From an uncultured Desulfarculus sp. (GTDB lineage Bacteria; Desulfobacterota; Desulfarculia; Desulfarculales; Desulfarculaceae): DNA of 64,000 bases. The notes under the pieces were generated by a model that searched no databases, was not told the origin of the DNA, and was given only the letters and a program-made list of their open reading frames with translations. Both the position numbers and the translations under genes were made by a program. This document shows, in pieces, positions 1 to 14,899 of this stretch. Where the stretch lies: the NCBI GenBank assembly GCA_963665125.2, contig CAXXUK010000001.1, positions 3,584,001 to 3,648,000 on the forward strand, given 5' to 3'. The stretch's first letter is position 1. Every line of letters begins with the position of its first letter.

Positions 1-94
1 CAATTATCGTTCCTTCTGCTGTATACAACACCACATGCGGCCAAGGATAACACCGTAACCGCTCCTTAAGAAGGTTTTTCAATTGAGATTTTTG

Positions 95-1318
95 TTACTT
101 GACCAGGAAGCCTTTTTCAATGATCCGGTCGGCGATCATCGCGCTGAATTCCTTTGACGGGTGAAAATGATCATTCTTTTCAAAGCGTGACCAATCACGG
201 GGTTTGTTAGCAAGCTCCTGTTCCAGCATCGGCGCGGCATCATAGTATTCGATTCCCAGCTTTTGCAGTATCTCCACGATGTCGGAGTGCTGGCGGGCTA
301 TCTTTTCGGGCCACTTCTCTTTTTTGTCCAACTCAGGGTAGACCACCACTCTGAAGGCATAACCGTGCTCCCGCCCCATATCGGCCAGCTTTTTCAGGTT
401 ATTGGCCACGTCGTCCGTCAAACCGGCCCGGTCGGTGAAAGAGGCCTTCAAAGACAGATACACCCGGTAAAGGGTGGAATGCTTGAACAGCCAGTAGTTG
501 AAATGTTCCTGGCCCAGATAGGTGTTGGCGATGACCGTGTAGCCGTCCTGTTGCTTGAGGATAACCGGCGTTCCGTCCCAGTCGTTCAGGCAAAATTCCA
601 GAATAACGATGTCGGGCTTCAAGGGCAGGCCGTACCGCTTGAAATAACCTATCTCCTGGTTTGTTGAATATCCGTACACCCCCAGGGTCCAGTATTCGTA
701 ATCCGGTTTTTTCATCCGGCTTTCGACATTGCGGGTCAAAAAGCCCAGGGCCGCTATGGAATCGCCCAGGAATACAACCCTGGTTGCGCCCTGCGGTTTT
801 TCAAAGGCATAACCGTTGTGCAGGGCCCCGTATTGGGAATAGGGGTAGCTTGGACCCATCAAGGGCTTGTAGGACAATTCCTCGTCCATCGCCCACCACT
901 GCACCTTGGAATTCCATTCGTCCTTTTGCTGGGGGTTCTGTGCGGCCTGAATCATGGCCTGCTTGAAATTGAACTCAAAAGTGTGTCCAGCGTTGAATAC
1001 CAGGTTGAAGGGGATCAAGGCCAACTCGAACAATACCAGTGCCGCGACCACCGATATGCAGACCATCAAGATCTTGAGGATTCCTCCCTTGGTGAAAAGC
1101 CTGTGGGCGAAGAGCACGGCCAGGAAAATAAGAAAAGACAGAATCAAATAAAAAACGGCCAGGCCCACGTCTATGGCGTACGGGTGGCAATAGGTGATGG
1201 CCGAAAGCGGCAGTTCCCGTGAATATACGGCCATGATCAGATTGACAACCAGGCCGATGCAGGTCAGGCCAAACAGCCAAGCCAGGGCTTTTTGAATTAA
1301 TGATCGATTTTTAGTCAT
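95..1318 (-). CDS. Membrane-anchored SGNH/GDSL hydrolase family protein
   Basis: N-terminal TM helices; SGNH blocks VVFLGDS, LGVYGY, FCLND, DHFHPS. Confidence 0.75.
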   Translation of the reverse strand: MTKNRSLIQKALAWLFGLTCIGLVVNLIMAVYSRELPLSAITYCHPYAIDVGLAVFYLILSFLIFLAVLFAHRLFTKGGILKILMVCISVVAALVLFELALIPFNLVFNAGHTFEFNFKQAMIQAAQNPQQKDEWNSKVQWWAMDEELSYKPLMGPSYPYSQYGALHNGYAFEKPQGATRVVFLGDSIAALGFLTRNVESRMKKPDYEYWTLGVYGYSTNQEIGYFKRYGLPLKPDIVILEFCLNDWDGTPVILKQQDGYTVIANTYLGQEHFNYWLFKHSTLYRVYLSLKASFTDRAGLTDDVANNLKKLADMGREHGYAFRVVVYPELDKKEKWPEKIARQHSDIVEILQKLGIEYYDAAPMLEQELANKPRDWSRFEKNDHFHPSKEFSAMIADRIIEKGFLVK

Positions 1319-1342
1319 TTACTACAGCGGATATTGATCAAT

Positions 1343-1381
1343 AAGAAAAGAAGCGCCGGGCGGAGAAAACCACCCGGCGCT
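1343..1381 (-). terminator. Intrinsic terminator after the atp operon
   Basis: agcgccggg...cccggcgct stem followed by a T-rich tract on the minus strand, just after the atpC stop. Confidence 0.65.
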
Positions 1382-1402
1382 GATATCGCTTATGCGGCCG
1401 AT

Positions 1403-1819
1403 CTACTGCGACCCAAGGCGGCCGACAACACGCATGCGCAGCATGGCCCTCTTGAGGGCGGTCTCAACACGGACATATTCCATGTCGGCCTGTTTAATCT
1501 TGCCCATACGCTGTTCGGCGCGTTCGCGGGCCCGCGTGGCGCGGTCCACGTCGATTTCACGGGCCAATTCGGCAGCCTCGGCCAAAACCGTGACCTTGGT
1601 GCCTGTGACCTCGGCGAAACCACCAGCAATGGCCGCATATTCTTCGTTATTGCCGTCGCGGTAGCGCAGTTCGCCGATGTCCAGGGTCGCCAAGAACGGC
1701 ACGTGACCATGAAGCACACCGAACTCGCCATCCACGCCTGTCGCCACGACCACGTCTACTTCCTTGCTCAGGAGCATCTTGTCTGGCGTAACGACTTCCA
1801 GCATTATTTTATTGGCCAT
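1403..1819 (-). CDS. atpC: ATP synthase F1 epsilon subunit
   Basis: LEVVTPDK, GEFGVLHGHVP, C-terminal helical hairpin; operon position. Confidence 0.97.
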   Translation of the reverse strand: MANKIMLEVVTPDKMLLSKEVDVVVATGVDGEFGVLHGHVPFLATLDIGELRYRDGNNEEYAAIAGGFAEVTGTKVTVLAEAAELAREIDVDRATRARERAEQRMGKIKQADMEYVRVETALKRAMLRMRVVGRLGSQ

Positions 1820-1836
1820 TGGTCACTCCGGTCTTG

Positions 1837-4171
<2,335 letters not shown>

Positions 4172-4176
4172 AGGCT

Positions 4177-5690
<1,514 letters not shown>

Positions 5691-5691
<1 letters not shown>

Positions 5692-6242
5692 CAGGCGTAA
5701 TCACCCCTTCTCAAAGATTCTTTCAAGTTCTCCAGTTGCGATCTGACACTGCCGTCCAAGACCAAGTCGCCAATCTTGGCCACGACACCACCGATCAAAC
5801 TGGGATCCTCGGTTACTTCCAATTGTACTTCCCGACCCGCGACGCCCTTGAGCGCGTTGGTCAGGCTTTCAACCTCTTGTTCATTCAGGGCCGCCGCAGT
5901 GCGAACTTCCGCCCTGGTGATGCCATTGACCTCGTCGACCAACAGACCGTACATTTGCGAGATGTCCTTGGTCGCTTCAATGCGGCCGCGGTCCATCAGC
6001 AGGCGGAAGAAGTTTGCGACCATTGGGCTGAGGCCCAATTTACCCAAAATGGCATTGAGGAGTTTCTTACGGCTGTCAAAGTCGAATCCCGGATTGCTCA
6101 GGGCAGACTCCAACTCCGGAGCGCCGGCCAACATCTCGGCGAAATCGCCAAGTTCTTTGCCGTATTGCTCGGTGTTGCCGTCCTCCTTGCCGATCTCGAG
6201 CAAGGCTTTGGCATACCGTTTGGCTACGATGTAGCTGGTCAC
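5691..6242 (-). CDS. atpH: ATP synthase F1 delta subunit
   Basis: [16 protein letters not shown]...DGSVRSQL. Confidence 0.96.
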
Positions 6243-6910
6243 TGTACCTCCTGTTCCACCTTGGTCAGATATTCACTCACCAGGCGCGCCTGATCATCGG
6301 CGGTCATCTTCTGCTTGAGAAGATCCTCGGCCACCGAGGCGCTGAGATCGGCGATCTCCCGGCGCAATGAGGCTTTGGCCTGGTTGGTTTCCTGCTCAAT
6401 CGTGAACTGGGCCTGCTGTTTGATGCGCTCGCTCATGGCCTTGGCGCCATCGATAATGCGCTCGCGCTCACGTTCGCCCTGGGCGCGGAACTCGGCCAGG
6501 ATGGCCTCTTGTTCCTGAGCGGCGTCGGACAGGCGGCGTTCCATCTCCGCCAGTTCCTTTGCCGCTTCCTCGCGGCGCTGATTCAGTTCGTCCAGTTCAT
6601 TTGCAATACCCTCACTGCGGGCACGCATGGCATTGCCGATGGGCTTGCGAAGCAAAACCACAAGCAACACTACCAGGATACCGAAGTTGATGCAGCGGAG
6701 GACGAAGTCCCTGATTTGGCCGGCCGTGACGCCGTGCCCGCCATGGGCTTCGATATCCTTGTCGCCAACATGAGCTTCGACTTGGACTTTTTCCGTGGCT
6801 CCAGCATGCGCACCGGTTTCGGTCGCATATACGCTGAAAGCGGAGAACAGAACCAACAGCGCCGCACCCAGCAGCACTGCAATGCGCATTTTGCCGCTGC
6901 AGCTAATCAC
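6239..6910 (-). CDS. atpF: ATP synthase F0 b subunit (with N-terminal signal-like extension)
   Basis: INFGILVVLL TM helix plus long coiled coil; operon position. Confidence 0.9.
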   Translation of the reverse strand: MISCSGKMRIAVLLGAALLVLFSAFSVYATETGAHAGATEKVQVEAHVGDKDIEAHGGHGVTAGQIRDFVLRCINFGILVVLLVVLLRKPIGNAMRARSEGIANELDELNQRREEAAKELAEMERRLSDAAQEQEAILAEFRAQGERERERIIDGAKAMSERIKQQAQFTIEQETNQAKASLRREIADLSASVAEDLLKQKMTADDQARLVSEYLTKVEQEVQ

Positions 6911-7341
6911 TGGATGCTCCTTCCTAGGATTTTCTGTGCCAGGTCCTGGCCGAATTGCTGGACCTGAGTCTTGAGTTCATCGCGGGCCTTGCCGATTTCA
7001 TCGGAAATCTGCTCGCGCACATCGGCCACGGCCTTTTCCATCTCTTTGGTCGCCTCTTCAATGATCTGGCGTTCCTGAGTGTGGCCCTCTGCCTTGAACC
7101 CCTCCTTGGCGCCCTGGCCCTGCTTGCGGGCCTCGGCCAGTTCTCGGTCCATCTGCTCACCCTTGGACTTCGCGGAATCGGAATCGGTTTCGATTTCGCT
7201 GTTCAAGGCGGCCATTTTTTGGGACCGCTGAGCGATGATGCCCCGGATCGGCTTGAAAAGGAGATAGTTCAGCGCCACAACCAGCACAATGAAGTTGATG
7301 ATCTGGATGAAGACCGAAACATCCGGCATGATGCTAATCAT
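6907..7341 (-). CDS. atpF2: ATP synthase F0 b' subunit
   Basis: QIINFIVLVVALNYLLFKPI TM helix plus coiled coil; first gene of the operon. Confidence 0.88.
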   Translation of the reverse strand: MISIMPDVSVFIQIINFIVLVVALNYLLFKPIRGIIAQRSQKMAALNSEIETDSDSAKSKGEQMDRELAEARKQGQGAKEGFKAEGHTQERQIIEEATKEMEKAVADVREQISDEIGKARDELKTQVQQFGQDLAQKILGRSIQ

Positions 7342-7496
7342 AGGGTTTTCCCCTCCAGAGGTTACAGAAGCCGCAGGCCCCTGGCTCTTCCCCGAATATA
7401 CTTAAAACAAATATGGTATACAGAAATTCAGTCATGCGGAAACAGCGGTCCGCACCATAGAGACCCGTGCTTGTTCCCACTTAGACAAGCTTGGAC

Positions 7497-7525
7497 TTTC
7501 TACAATATTTCACAACCGCTGTCAA
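7497..7525 (-). promoter_or_regulatory. Candidate sigma70 promoter of the atp operon
   Basis: TTGACA-17 nt-TAGAAA on the minus strand upstream of the b' gene. Confidence 0.4.
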
Positions 7526-7577
7526 AAGTTTTTTTCATTAAAGGGGTTTAGGTACTATTTCCTGTTATATCGGATTG

Positions 7578-7991
7578 TTAACTAGTGGTTTTTCCTTCCG
7601 ATGATAGCAGCCGCACCTTGGGCATAAGCCCGTTTTCACCGTTTTCACCGGCCATGCGGCAATTGCCTTCAAAGACCACGCCTTCATCCATCACCACCAA
7701 AGGCGCGGTTATATTGCCCACAAGGCGGCCGGGAGCGCGCAATTCAATGCGCTCGGCGGCCACGATATCGCCGACAACTGAACCACTTATCTCAACGGCG
7801 GTTGCCTCGATGTGAGCCTCGACGATGGCGTTGTGGCCTACAATCAATACGCCCTCGCCCTTTATCTCACCGGAAAACTTGCCATCCAGCCTGGCCTGGC
7901 CCCGGAACACCAGCTGACCTTCAATGGAGCTTTCGCCTCCCAAGAACACAGCTACCTGACCATTTCCAGAATTTCGCCGACGTTTCACCAA
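7578..7991 (-). CDS. Bactofilin (polymer-forming cytoskeletal protein)
   Basis: Beta-helix repeats: LGGESSIEGQL, LDGKFSGEI, VEISGSVVGDI, EGVVFEGNCRM. Confidence 0.9.
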   Translation of the reverse strand: MVKRRRNSGNGQVAVFLGGESSIEGQLVFRGQARLDGKFSGEIKGEGVLIVGHNAIVEAHIEATAVEISGSVVGDIVAAERIELRAPGRLVGNITAPLVVMDEGVVFEGNCRMAGENGENGLMPKVRLLSSEGKTTS

Positions 7992-8192
7992 GTTCCTCCT
8001 TCATGGGCCCCAATTAAACACCCGCGCAGGCATGCTTTTCGGACAAGAATCCCGACCGAAGAGCCTACGGCAAGTTTTTTCATATTATTGAAATTCTACC
8101 GGTGACAACATCCACCGGAAATCAATCGTTGCATGACCCAATCAAAAAGTAAACCAAATTAGTGATTAGTTATTCACACACTCTTTCAGACC

Positions 8193-9293
8193 CTAATGAA
8201 ATACATATCTTCGCATGCTTACACTCTGTATAAGCCCCAGGGCCGCCATGACAGTAAGCATGTTCGATCCGCCATAGGAGACAAAAGGCAACGGTATTCC
8301 CACAACCGGAGCCAGGCCCAGGACCATGCCCACATTAATAAAGGTCGGCCAAAAAATCATAGCCGTGCCGCCAATTACACAAAGAAGCCCGGCCCTGTCC
8401 TTGGTCCTGGTGGCTTGTACTATGCCCCGGTAAACGAGGGCTGCCAAAAGGCCCAAAACCACAACTCCTCCGATAAAACCCCATTCCTCGTTGAGCACGC
8501 TGAAGGCGAAGTCCGTATGCTGTTCCGGCAGAAAGTGCAGCTGGGTCTGGGTTCCGGCCATGAAGCCCTTGCCCCAGAACCCGCCGGAGCCCACCGCGAT
8601 CTTGGACTGGATAAGATGATATGCCGCGCCCAGGGGATCTGATTCAGGATCCAGAAAGCTGAATATGCGGCGCTTTTGGTAATCCTTTAAAAAACTCCAC
8701 GCCAAAGGCAACACCGCAAGCAGGGTGCCCGATGCAATGGCCAGGGAACTCAGGCGAATGCCGTTTATCAAAATCACGCTTCCGGCCACGGCCAGGATCA
8801 TCAAACTGGTGCCCAGGTCGGGCTGTTTGAGGATCAATACGGCCGGCACCATGGCGATCATCGCCGGAACGATCAACCTGCGCAGGGTGTACGGCTGGCC
8901 GAAATCCCTACGCTGAAAATACTGGGCCAGAACCAGCACCACCGCCAGGCGGGCCAACTCCGACGGCTGAAGGCGCAGCGGCCCGATCAACAACCAGCGT
9001 TGGGACCCGCCGATGACTTTTCCCCAAATCAACACGGCAACCAGCAATATGACAACCACGGCATAAAAAACCAGGGACAGGCTGCACAGGCGCTGATAGC
9101 CGATGATGGCCACCAGCAACATTACGCCGAACCCCAGCAGCATCCAATAAAGCTGTTTGAGGTAAACGGCCGATCCGGCCGTTTGAAATGAACTTGCCGC
9201 TGAATACAGATTGACAACGCCGATGGCTCCCAGGATCACGATCAAGACCAAACTGATCCAATCGATATTGGCGGCCATTCGCCGATCAAGCAT
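8193..9293 (-). CDS. rodA: Rod shape-determining protein RodA
   Basis: GSQRWL, LQPSEL, QPDLGT, FLPEQHTDF, PLPFVSYGGS; start set at MLDRR. Confidence 0.96.
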   Translation of the reverse strand: MLDRRMAANIDWISLVLIVILGAIGVVNLYSAASSFQTAGSAVYLKQLYWMLLGFGVMLLVAIIGYQRLCSLSLVFYAVVVILLVAVLIWGKVIGGSQRWLLIGPLRLQPSELARLAVVLVLAQYFQRRDFGQPYTLRRLIVPAMIAMVPAVLILKQPDLGTSLMILAVAGSVILINGIRLSSLAIASGTLLAVLPLAWSFLKDYQKRRIFSFLDPESDPLGAAYHLIQSKIAVGSGGFWGKGFMAGTQTQLHFLPEQHTDFAFSVLNEEWGFIGGVVVLGLLAALVYRGIVQATRTKDRAGLLCVIGGTAMIFWPTFINVGMVLGLAPVVGIPLPFVSYGGSNMLTVMAALGLIQSVSMRRYVFH

Positions 9294-11199
9294 CGCCGCC
9301 CTCCTTTTTTTCACCCTCCTGGGGTTGCACCGGATGCTCCTTGAAGTATGCCTCCAGAATCTGTTTGGCCACCGGCGCCGCCGCCGCTCCGCCATGCCCG
9401 CCGTGTTCCACCACCACGGCTACGGCTATAGTCGGGTCCTCGGCTGGGGCATAGGCCACGAACAAGGCGTGATCCCGGTATTTCCACGGAATCTCATCGC
9501 CATAGGCCTTTTCCACTTTCAAGGCCACAACCTGGGCCGTTCCTGTCTTTCCTGCTGCCTTTATCCCCGGCAACCGGCAGCGCCACCCTGTACCGTGGGG
9601 TTCGTTGACGACCGCCACCAGCCCGTCATGTATATTTTTCAAGTGGGCCGGCTTGATATCCACGGGGCTTATCAACCCCGGCGGCTCTGACACCGGCTCG
9701 CCGCCTTCTGGCTTTACAACGGCCTGGACCAGCGTTGGCGTCACCAGCTTTCCGCCATTGGCGATAACCGACACCATACGGGCCAATTGCAGAGGAGTAA
9801 CCAGGTTAAAGCCCTGGCCTATGGCCACCGAAAGCGTCTCGCCCTCCTGCCAAGGCTCCTTGAATCGCCGTTCCTTCCATTGGCTGTCCGGCACCAGTCC
9901 GGCCGCTTCATGGCTCAGAGGAATTCCGGTTGTGCGTCCCAATCCGAATTTTCGGGCCCATTTGGCCAGCCGCTCCACCCCTAACGCCTTGCCGACCCTG
10001 TAGTAATAAACATCGCAGCTTTCACGCAGCGCCTTGTGCAGATTCACCGAACCATGGCCACCGCGCTTCCAGATCCAACATTTATAGGTCCGGCGGCCAA
10101 GACTCATTTCGCCTTTGCAGAAATGCGTGGTCTCGGTATTGACCACTCCCTCGGCCAACCCGGCGGCCGATGTAACAATTTTATAAGTAGAACCCGGCGG
10201 GTAGAGCCCGCTTATAGCCCTATCCTTCAGGGGATGGCGGGGGTGATTGACCAGCTTTTTCCATTCTTCACTGCTCATTCCTTTAATGAATGAATTCTGG
10301 TCAAAGCTCGGCGAGGAATACAGGCAATACACTTGCCCGTTTTTCGGGTTTAGCGCTACCACCGCGCCAACCTCTTCGCCCATGGCCTCCGCGGCGGCTT
10401 TTTGCAAATTCAAGTCAATGCTAAGGATCAGGTCGTATCCCGGCACCGCGGGCACCGCGCTGATCAGGTTGAGTTCACGGCCTACCGCGTCCACCTCGAT
10501 CTGACGGGCTCCCCTTTTACCCTGCAAAACCCTTTCACGGCTTTTTTCTAGCCCCGAACGCCCGATATAATCGCCCAAGCGGTATCTACCCTTGGGCGCC
10601 TTTTCCATTTCCGTTCGGTTAATTTCGCCCAAATAGCCGATTACATGAGCGGTTTCCTTGGCCGCCAGATAGGCCCGTCGGTATTCAACCAGCACCACCA
10701 CGCCCGGCAGTTCGTATCGAAACGTCTCCAGCACTGCCAACTGGTCCCGGGTGAGGTGACTGGCCAGACGCACCGGCTTGAAAGGCGCCGCTCCGCCGGC
10801 GGCCTTGCGGGCATGCTCAATCTGTTGCTCGGTTATGCCCACCAATTCGCCCAAGCGGCGGATGATCAAACCCCAATCCTTGACGTCTTCGGGGATTACG
10901 GCGAGGGTAAAAGCCGGACGGTTGTCGGCCAGCAACCGCCCCTGGCAGTCATAGATCAACCCCCGGCTTGGCGGCTCATCCTCCAGGCGCACCCGGTTGT
11001 TTTCGCTTTTGGTGCGATATTCCTCGCCATGGAGAACCTGCAGATACCAAAGCCGTCCGATAAGCACCACGAAAGCCAGGCTGACCACCACAACCGCCGC
11101 CGCCAGGGCGTGGCGAACCTGGGGCAACTCGCCGGGGTCCATGCCACGGTTGCGGGTAATCCTCCTGCGCGATTTTTTCTTACCGTTGATCGGTAACAT
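9286..11199 (-). CDS. mrdA: Penicillin-binding protein 2
   Basis: YPPGSTYK (SxxK), SCDVYYY, AGKTGTAQV; lies between mreD and rodA. Confidence 0.96.
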   Translation of the reverse strand: MLPINGKKKSRRRITRNRGMDPGELPQVRHALAAAVVVVSLAFVVLIGRLWYLQVLHGEEYRTKSENNRVRLEDEPPSRGLIYDCQGRLLADNRPAFTLAVIPEDVKDWGLIIRRLGELVGITEQQIEHARKAAGGAAPFKPVRLASHLTRDQLAVLETFRYELPGVVVLVEYRRAYLAAKETAHVIGYLGEINRTEMEKAPKGRYRLGDYIGRSGLEKSRERVLQGKRGARQIEVDAVGRELNLISAVPAVPGYDLILSIDLNLQKAAAEAMGEEVGAVVALNPKNGQVYCLYSSPSFDQNSFIKGMSSEEWKKLVNHPRHPLKDRAISGLYPPGSTYKIVTSAAGLAEGVVNTETTHFCKGEMSLGRRTYKCWIWKRGGHGSVNLHKALRESCDVYYYRVGKALGVERLAKWARKFGLGRTTGIPLSHEAAGLVPDSQWKERRFKEPWQEGETLSVAIGQGFNLVTPLQLARMVSVIANGGKLVTPTLVQAVVKPEGGEPVSEPPGLISPVDIKPAHLKNIHDGLVAVVNEPHGTGWRCRLPGIKAAGKTGTAQVVALKVEKAYGDEIPWKYRDHALFVAYAPAEDPTIAVAVVVEHGGHGGAAAAPVAKQILEAYFKEHPVQPQEGEKKEGGDA

Positions 11200-11825
11200 C
11201 AGTCTCGCTTCCGGCGGGCCGTGGGTGACAACCGGCTTATCAGCTTAATCAGCCAATCGAGCAGGCCAAAGAAAATCGGTGCGGTCAAGGCCACCAGTAT
11301 CGCATGTCCCGGTATGGCCCATAAGTTGTCCAGCTGCGGATCCTCCATGCCCTGAACCAATACCATTCCCAGCATCACCAGTGCCTGGCGCACCAGCGAC
11401 AGCAGGCAAACGGCGGCCATCTGAAACGGCCAGGAATTTATCTCCAGTTTTCGTTCGGCCAGTTTGCACAGGCAAAAGACAACGACGTACGAAGTCATCT
11501 GGAGCCCCATGGGCCCCCCTGATGAAAGATCATATATATAGGCTAAAAAGAATGTAAGGATGGCGCCCGGAATCAACGGAATATGGAAACCGGCGGAAAT
11601 CACCACCACTATCAGGGGTTGCAACTGCAGGGGACCGGCCGACCACCAGTTGAACAGGGTGCACGAAAGCGCCACCAGTAGAAAACCCAACAGCAAGGTG
11701 GCCATGAAACGGGGCCATTGAACCATGCCCTTGGTGGCGGTGGTGCCGTCCTCCACCGCCAATCCGGCGGCGGCCGCCCAAGTGCGCCCTCCGGAAGCGG
11801 TGCCGTTGCCCGTTTCCATTGCCAA
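11199..11825 (-). CDS. mreD: Rod shape-determining protein MreD (putative)
   Basis: Multi-TM protein between mreC and mrdA; start uncertain. Confidence 0.75.
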   Translation of the reverse strand: MAMETGNGTASGGRTWAAAAGLAVEDGTTATKGMVQWPRFMATLLLGFLLVALSCTLFNWWSAGPLQLQPLIVVVISAGFHIPLIPGAILTFFLAYIYDLSSGGPMGLQMTSYVVVFCLCKLAERKLEINSWPFQMAAVCLLSLVRQALVMLGMVLVQGMEDPQLDNLWAIPGHAILVALTAPIFFGLLDWLIKLISRLSPTARRKRD

Positions 11826-11828
11826 GAC

Positions 11829-12656
11829 CTACTCCGGCAGCTCGCGCCTGTCCAGAATGACCAACACATCCTCCAGGCGATTGAAATCCACGGCAGGCCG
11901 GGCCATCACATCCAAAAAGACGCCCTTGCCCTTTTGTTCGGCCTTTGTAACGTAACCCACCAGCAAACCCTTTGGGTATACTCCGGCAGCGCCGCTTGTC
12001 ACCAGTTTATCGCCGGGCCGAACATCGGCGGTGTGCAGGATGTATTTCATCAGCAGCATGCCCTGGTCCGCGCCCGTGACGATACCCCTGGCCCTTGTGC
12101 GCTGGACCAGCACGTCGACTCCGGAGTTTTTATCGGTGAGTAAAAGAACCTTTGCGTAGTTGGGGCTGGCCCAGATGACCCGGCCCACCACACCGGCGGC
12201 ATTGACCACCGGCATCAACGGCTCCACTCCGCCGTGTTGGCCCCGGCTGATCAGCACCGTCTTGAAATATCCCGTGGGGTCGCCTCCTAGCACCTGGGCG
12301 GCCACCACTGGAAATTCATGCCGTTGTTCAAGGCTGAGCAACGCCCGCAGGCGTTCGTTTTCCTGCTTAAGCTCATCAAACTGAGCCAATTCCTGGCGCA
12401 TCTGCTCCACCATCAGAGCCAGTTTCTCGTTTTCCTTGGCCGCCTGAACCAGGTTGAAATAGCGCCCCCAAAGGGATTCAAAGAAATCACCAACCGAGGT
12501 GATGACACCCTGAACCGGCCCAAGCGCCTCGATCATATAGCGTCCGGCGCCGGGCCCCGAACCGGGTCGGCCCGCGTTGTATGAAAAGTAGCCCAGTGCA
12601 ATAAGCACCAGAAGGATGAGAATTACGGAAAAACGATTGCGGCGCAGAAAGCCCAC
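11829..12656 (-). CDS. mreC: Rod shape-determining protein MreC
   Basis: TM plus coiled coil (ENERLRALL), GVVGRV, VTSG..GVYPKG. Confidence 0.95.
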   Translation of the reverse strand: MGFLRRNRFSVILILLVLIALGYFSYNAGRPGSGPGAGRYMIEALGPVQGVITSVGDFFESLWGRYFNLVQAAKENEKLALMVEQMRQELAQFDELKQENERLRALLSLEQRHEFPVVAAQVLGGDPTGYFKTVLISRGQHGGVEPLMPVVNAAGVVGRVIWASPNYAKVLLLTDKNSGVDVLVQRTRARGIVTGADQGMLLMKYILHTADVRPGDKLVTSGAAGVYPKGLLVGYVTKAEQKGKGVFLDVMARPAVDFNRLEDVLVILDRRELPE

Positions 12657-12699
12657 TGGTCTTCTCGATAGAGTCGGCCACCCCGCGGCGGCCGCCGCT

Positions 12700-13764
<1,065 letters not shown>

Positions 13765-13932
13765 TTAGAATGTCCGCAAAAAAACGGGCTTTGAATACTG
13801 TCCGCATAAGCTACACAACTCGCTGCACAAAGTAACAGAACCAAGGCTTTCCAGCAACCAAAAAGTTGCAATTTGGCGGGTTTACGGTATAAAGACCCCT
13901 CGGAGCCAATAGCTCTGTAACCCTCATTCACA

Positions 13933-13961
13933 TTGACACCACCAAAGGCATATGGTTAAAT
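13933..13961 (+). promoter_or_regulatory. Candidate sigma70 promoter of the rpmH operon
   Basis: TTGACA-17 nt-TTAAAT upstream of rpmH. Confidence 0.45.
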
Positions 13962-14121
13962 TGTGCCTTTGCCGGGCCATCCGATGCAGGCTGGGAATAG
14001 CAACTCAGGCCGAATTCAGGATCTGCCCTGGGGGCTGGGCTAATTTTTCGCCCTAATTGTTGCAATCGCGCTGGAAAGAGCCCCCCTTTCCGGCACTAGC
14101 GCACGAAAGCGAGATTTTAAA

Positions 14122-14256
14122 ATGAAGCGCACTTTCCAACCCAGCAATCTGAAGCGTAAACGCACTCACGGTTTCAGGGCGCGCAGCCTTACCCGTGGCG
14201 GCAAGGCCGTACTAGCTCGCCGTCGTTCCAGAGGCAGGAAAAGGCTCTCCGTGTGA
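14122..14256 (+). CDS. rpmH: 50S ribosomal protein L34 (missing from the ORF track)
   Basis: Read directly from sequence: [44 protein letters not shown]. Confidence 0.97.
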   Translation: MKRTFQPSNLKRKRTHGFRARSLTRGGKAVLARRRSRGRKRLSV

Positions 14257-14271
14257 GCCTGATTACCCCGA

Positions 14272-14652
14272 ATGAGCATACGGGGGCAGTCATTTCCCAA
14301 AAGCGCGCGCCTTCGCTCGCGGAGCCAATACCTCTCCATGAGGCGGGGCTGCCGTCGGGTGAAGTACGCTTTTTTTATAGTGGTCTGGCGGCCCAACGGG
14401 CTGCCGCTGACCCGCATGGGCGTCACTGTCAGCCGCAAAGTCGCCGGAGCCGTGGGGCGCAACCGGATCAAACGTTTGGTCCGGGAGGCCTTTCGCCTCA
14501 ATTGCGACCAGCGACCAACAAGCATGGACATCAGCATCATTGCCAAACCGGGTGCGGATACTCAGAGCCTGGTTCAAGTGCGGCGGATGCTGGAGAACGC
14601 CTATTCGGAAATGACTTCAACGGCAGAACCTGGCTGCCGCCCAAGGGCATGA
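14272..14652 (+). CDS. rnpA: Ribonuclease P protein component
   Basis: [35 protein letters not shown] (RNR motif). Confidence 0.95.
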   Translation: MSIRGQSFPKSARLRSRSQYLSMRRGCRRVKYAFFIVVWRPNGLPLTRMGVTVSRKVAGAVGRNRIKRLVREAFRLNCDQRPTSMDISIIAKPGADTQSLVQVRRMLENAYSEMTSTAEPGCRPRA

Positions 14653-14864
14653 ATCCAGCCGCCGGAATCGTATGGCTGCTGGTGAGGCTGTACCAATTCA
14701 CCCTCAGCCCTATTCTGGGCGGCCAATGCCGTTTCTACCCCACATGCTCCAACTACGCCTTGGACGCCCTTGCCAAATACGGCTTTTTCAAGGGAACCCT
14801 CAAGGCCATGATCCGGATACTCAAATGTCATCCATTTCATCCCGGCGGTTACGACCCAGCCTAA
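14649..14864 (+). CDS. yidD: Membrane protein insertion efficiency factor YidD
   Basis: [33 protein letters not shown]. Confidence 0.95.
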   Translation: MNPAAGIVWLLVRLYQFTLSPILGGQCRFYPTCSNYALDALAKYGFFKGTLKAMIRILKCHPFHPGGYDPA

Positions 14865-14899
14865 GGCTGTACACGCCTTGGCGGCAAAGGTGAAATTCC

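Noticed and set aside
6239..7341. atp operon lacking atpB and atpE, with two b subunits
   Set aside because: A split operon with b and b' is normal in deltaproteobacteria.
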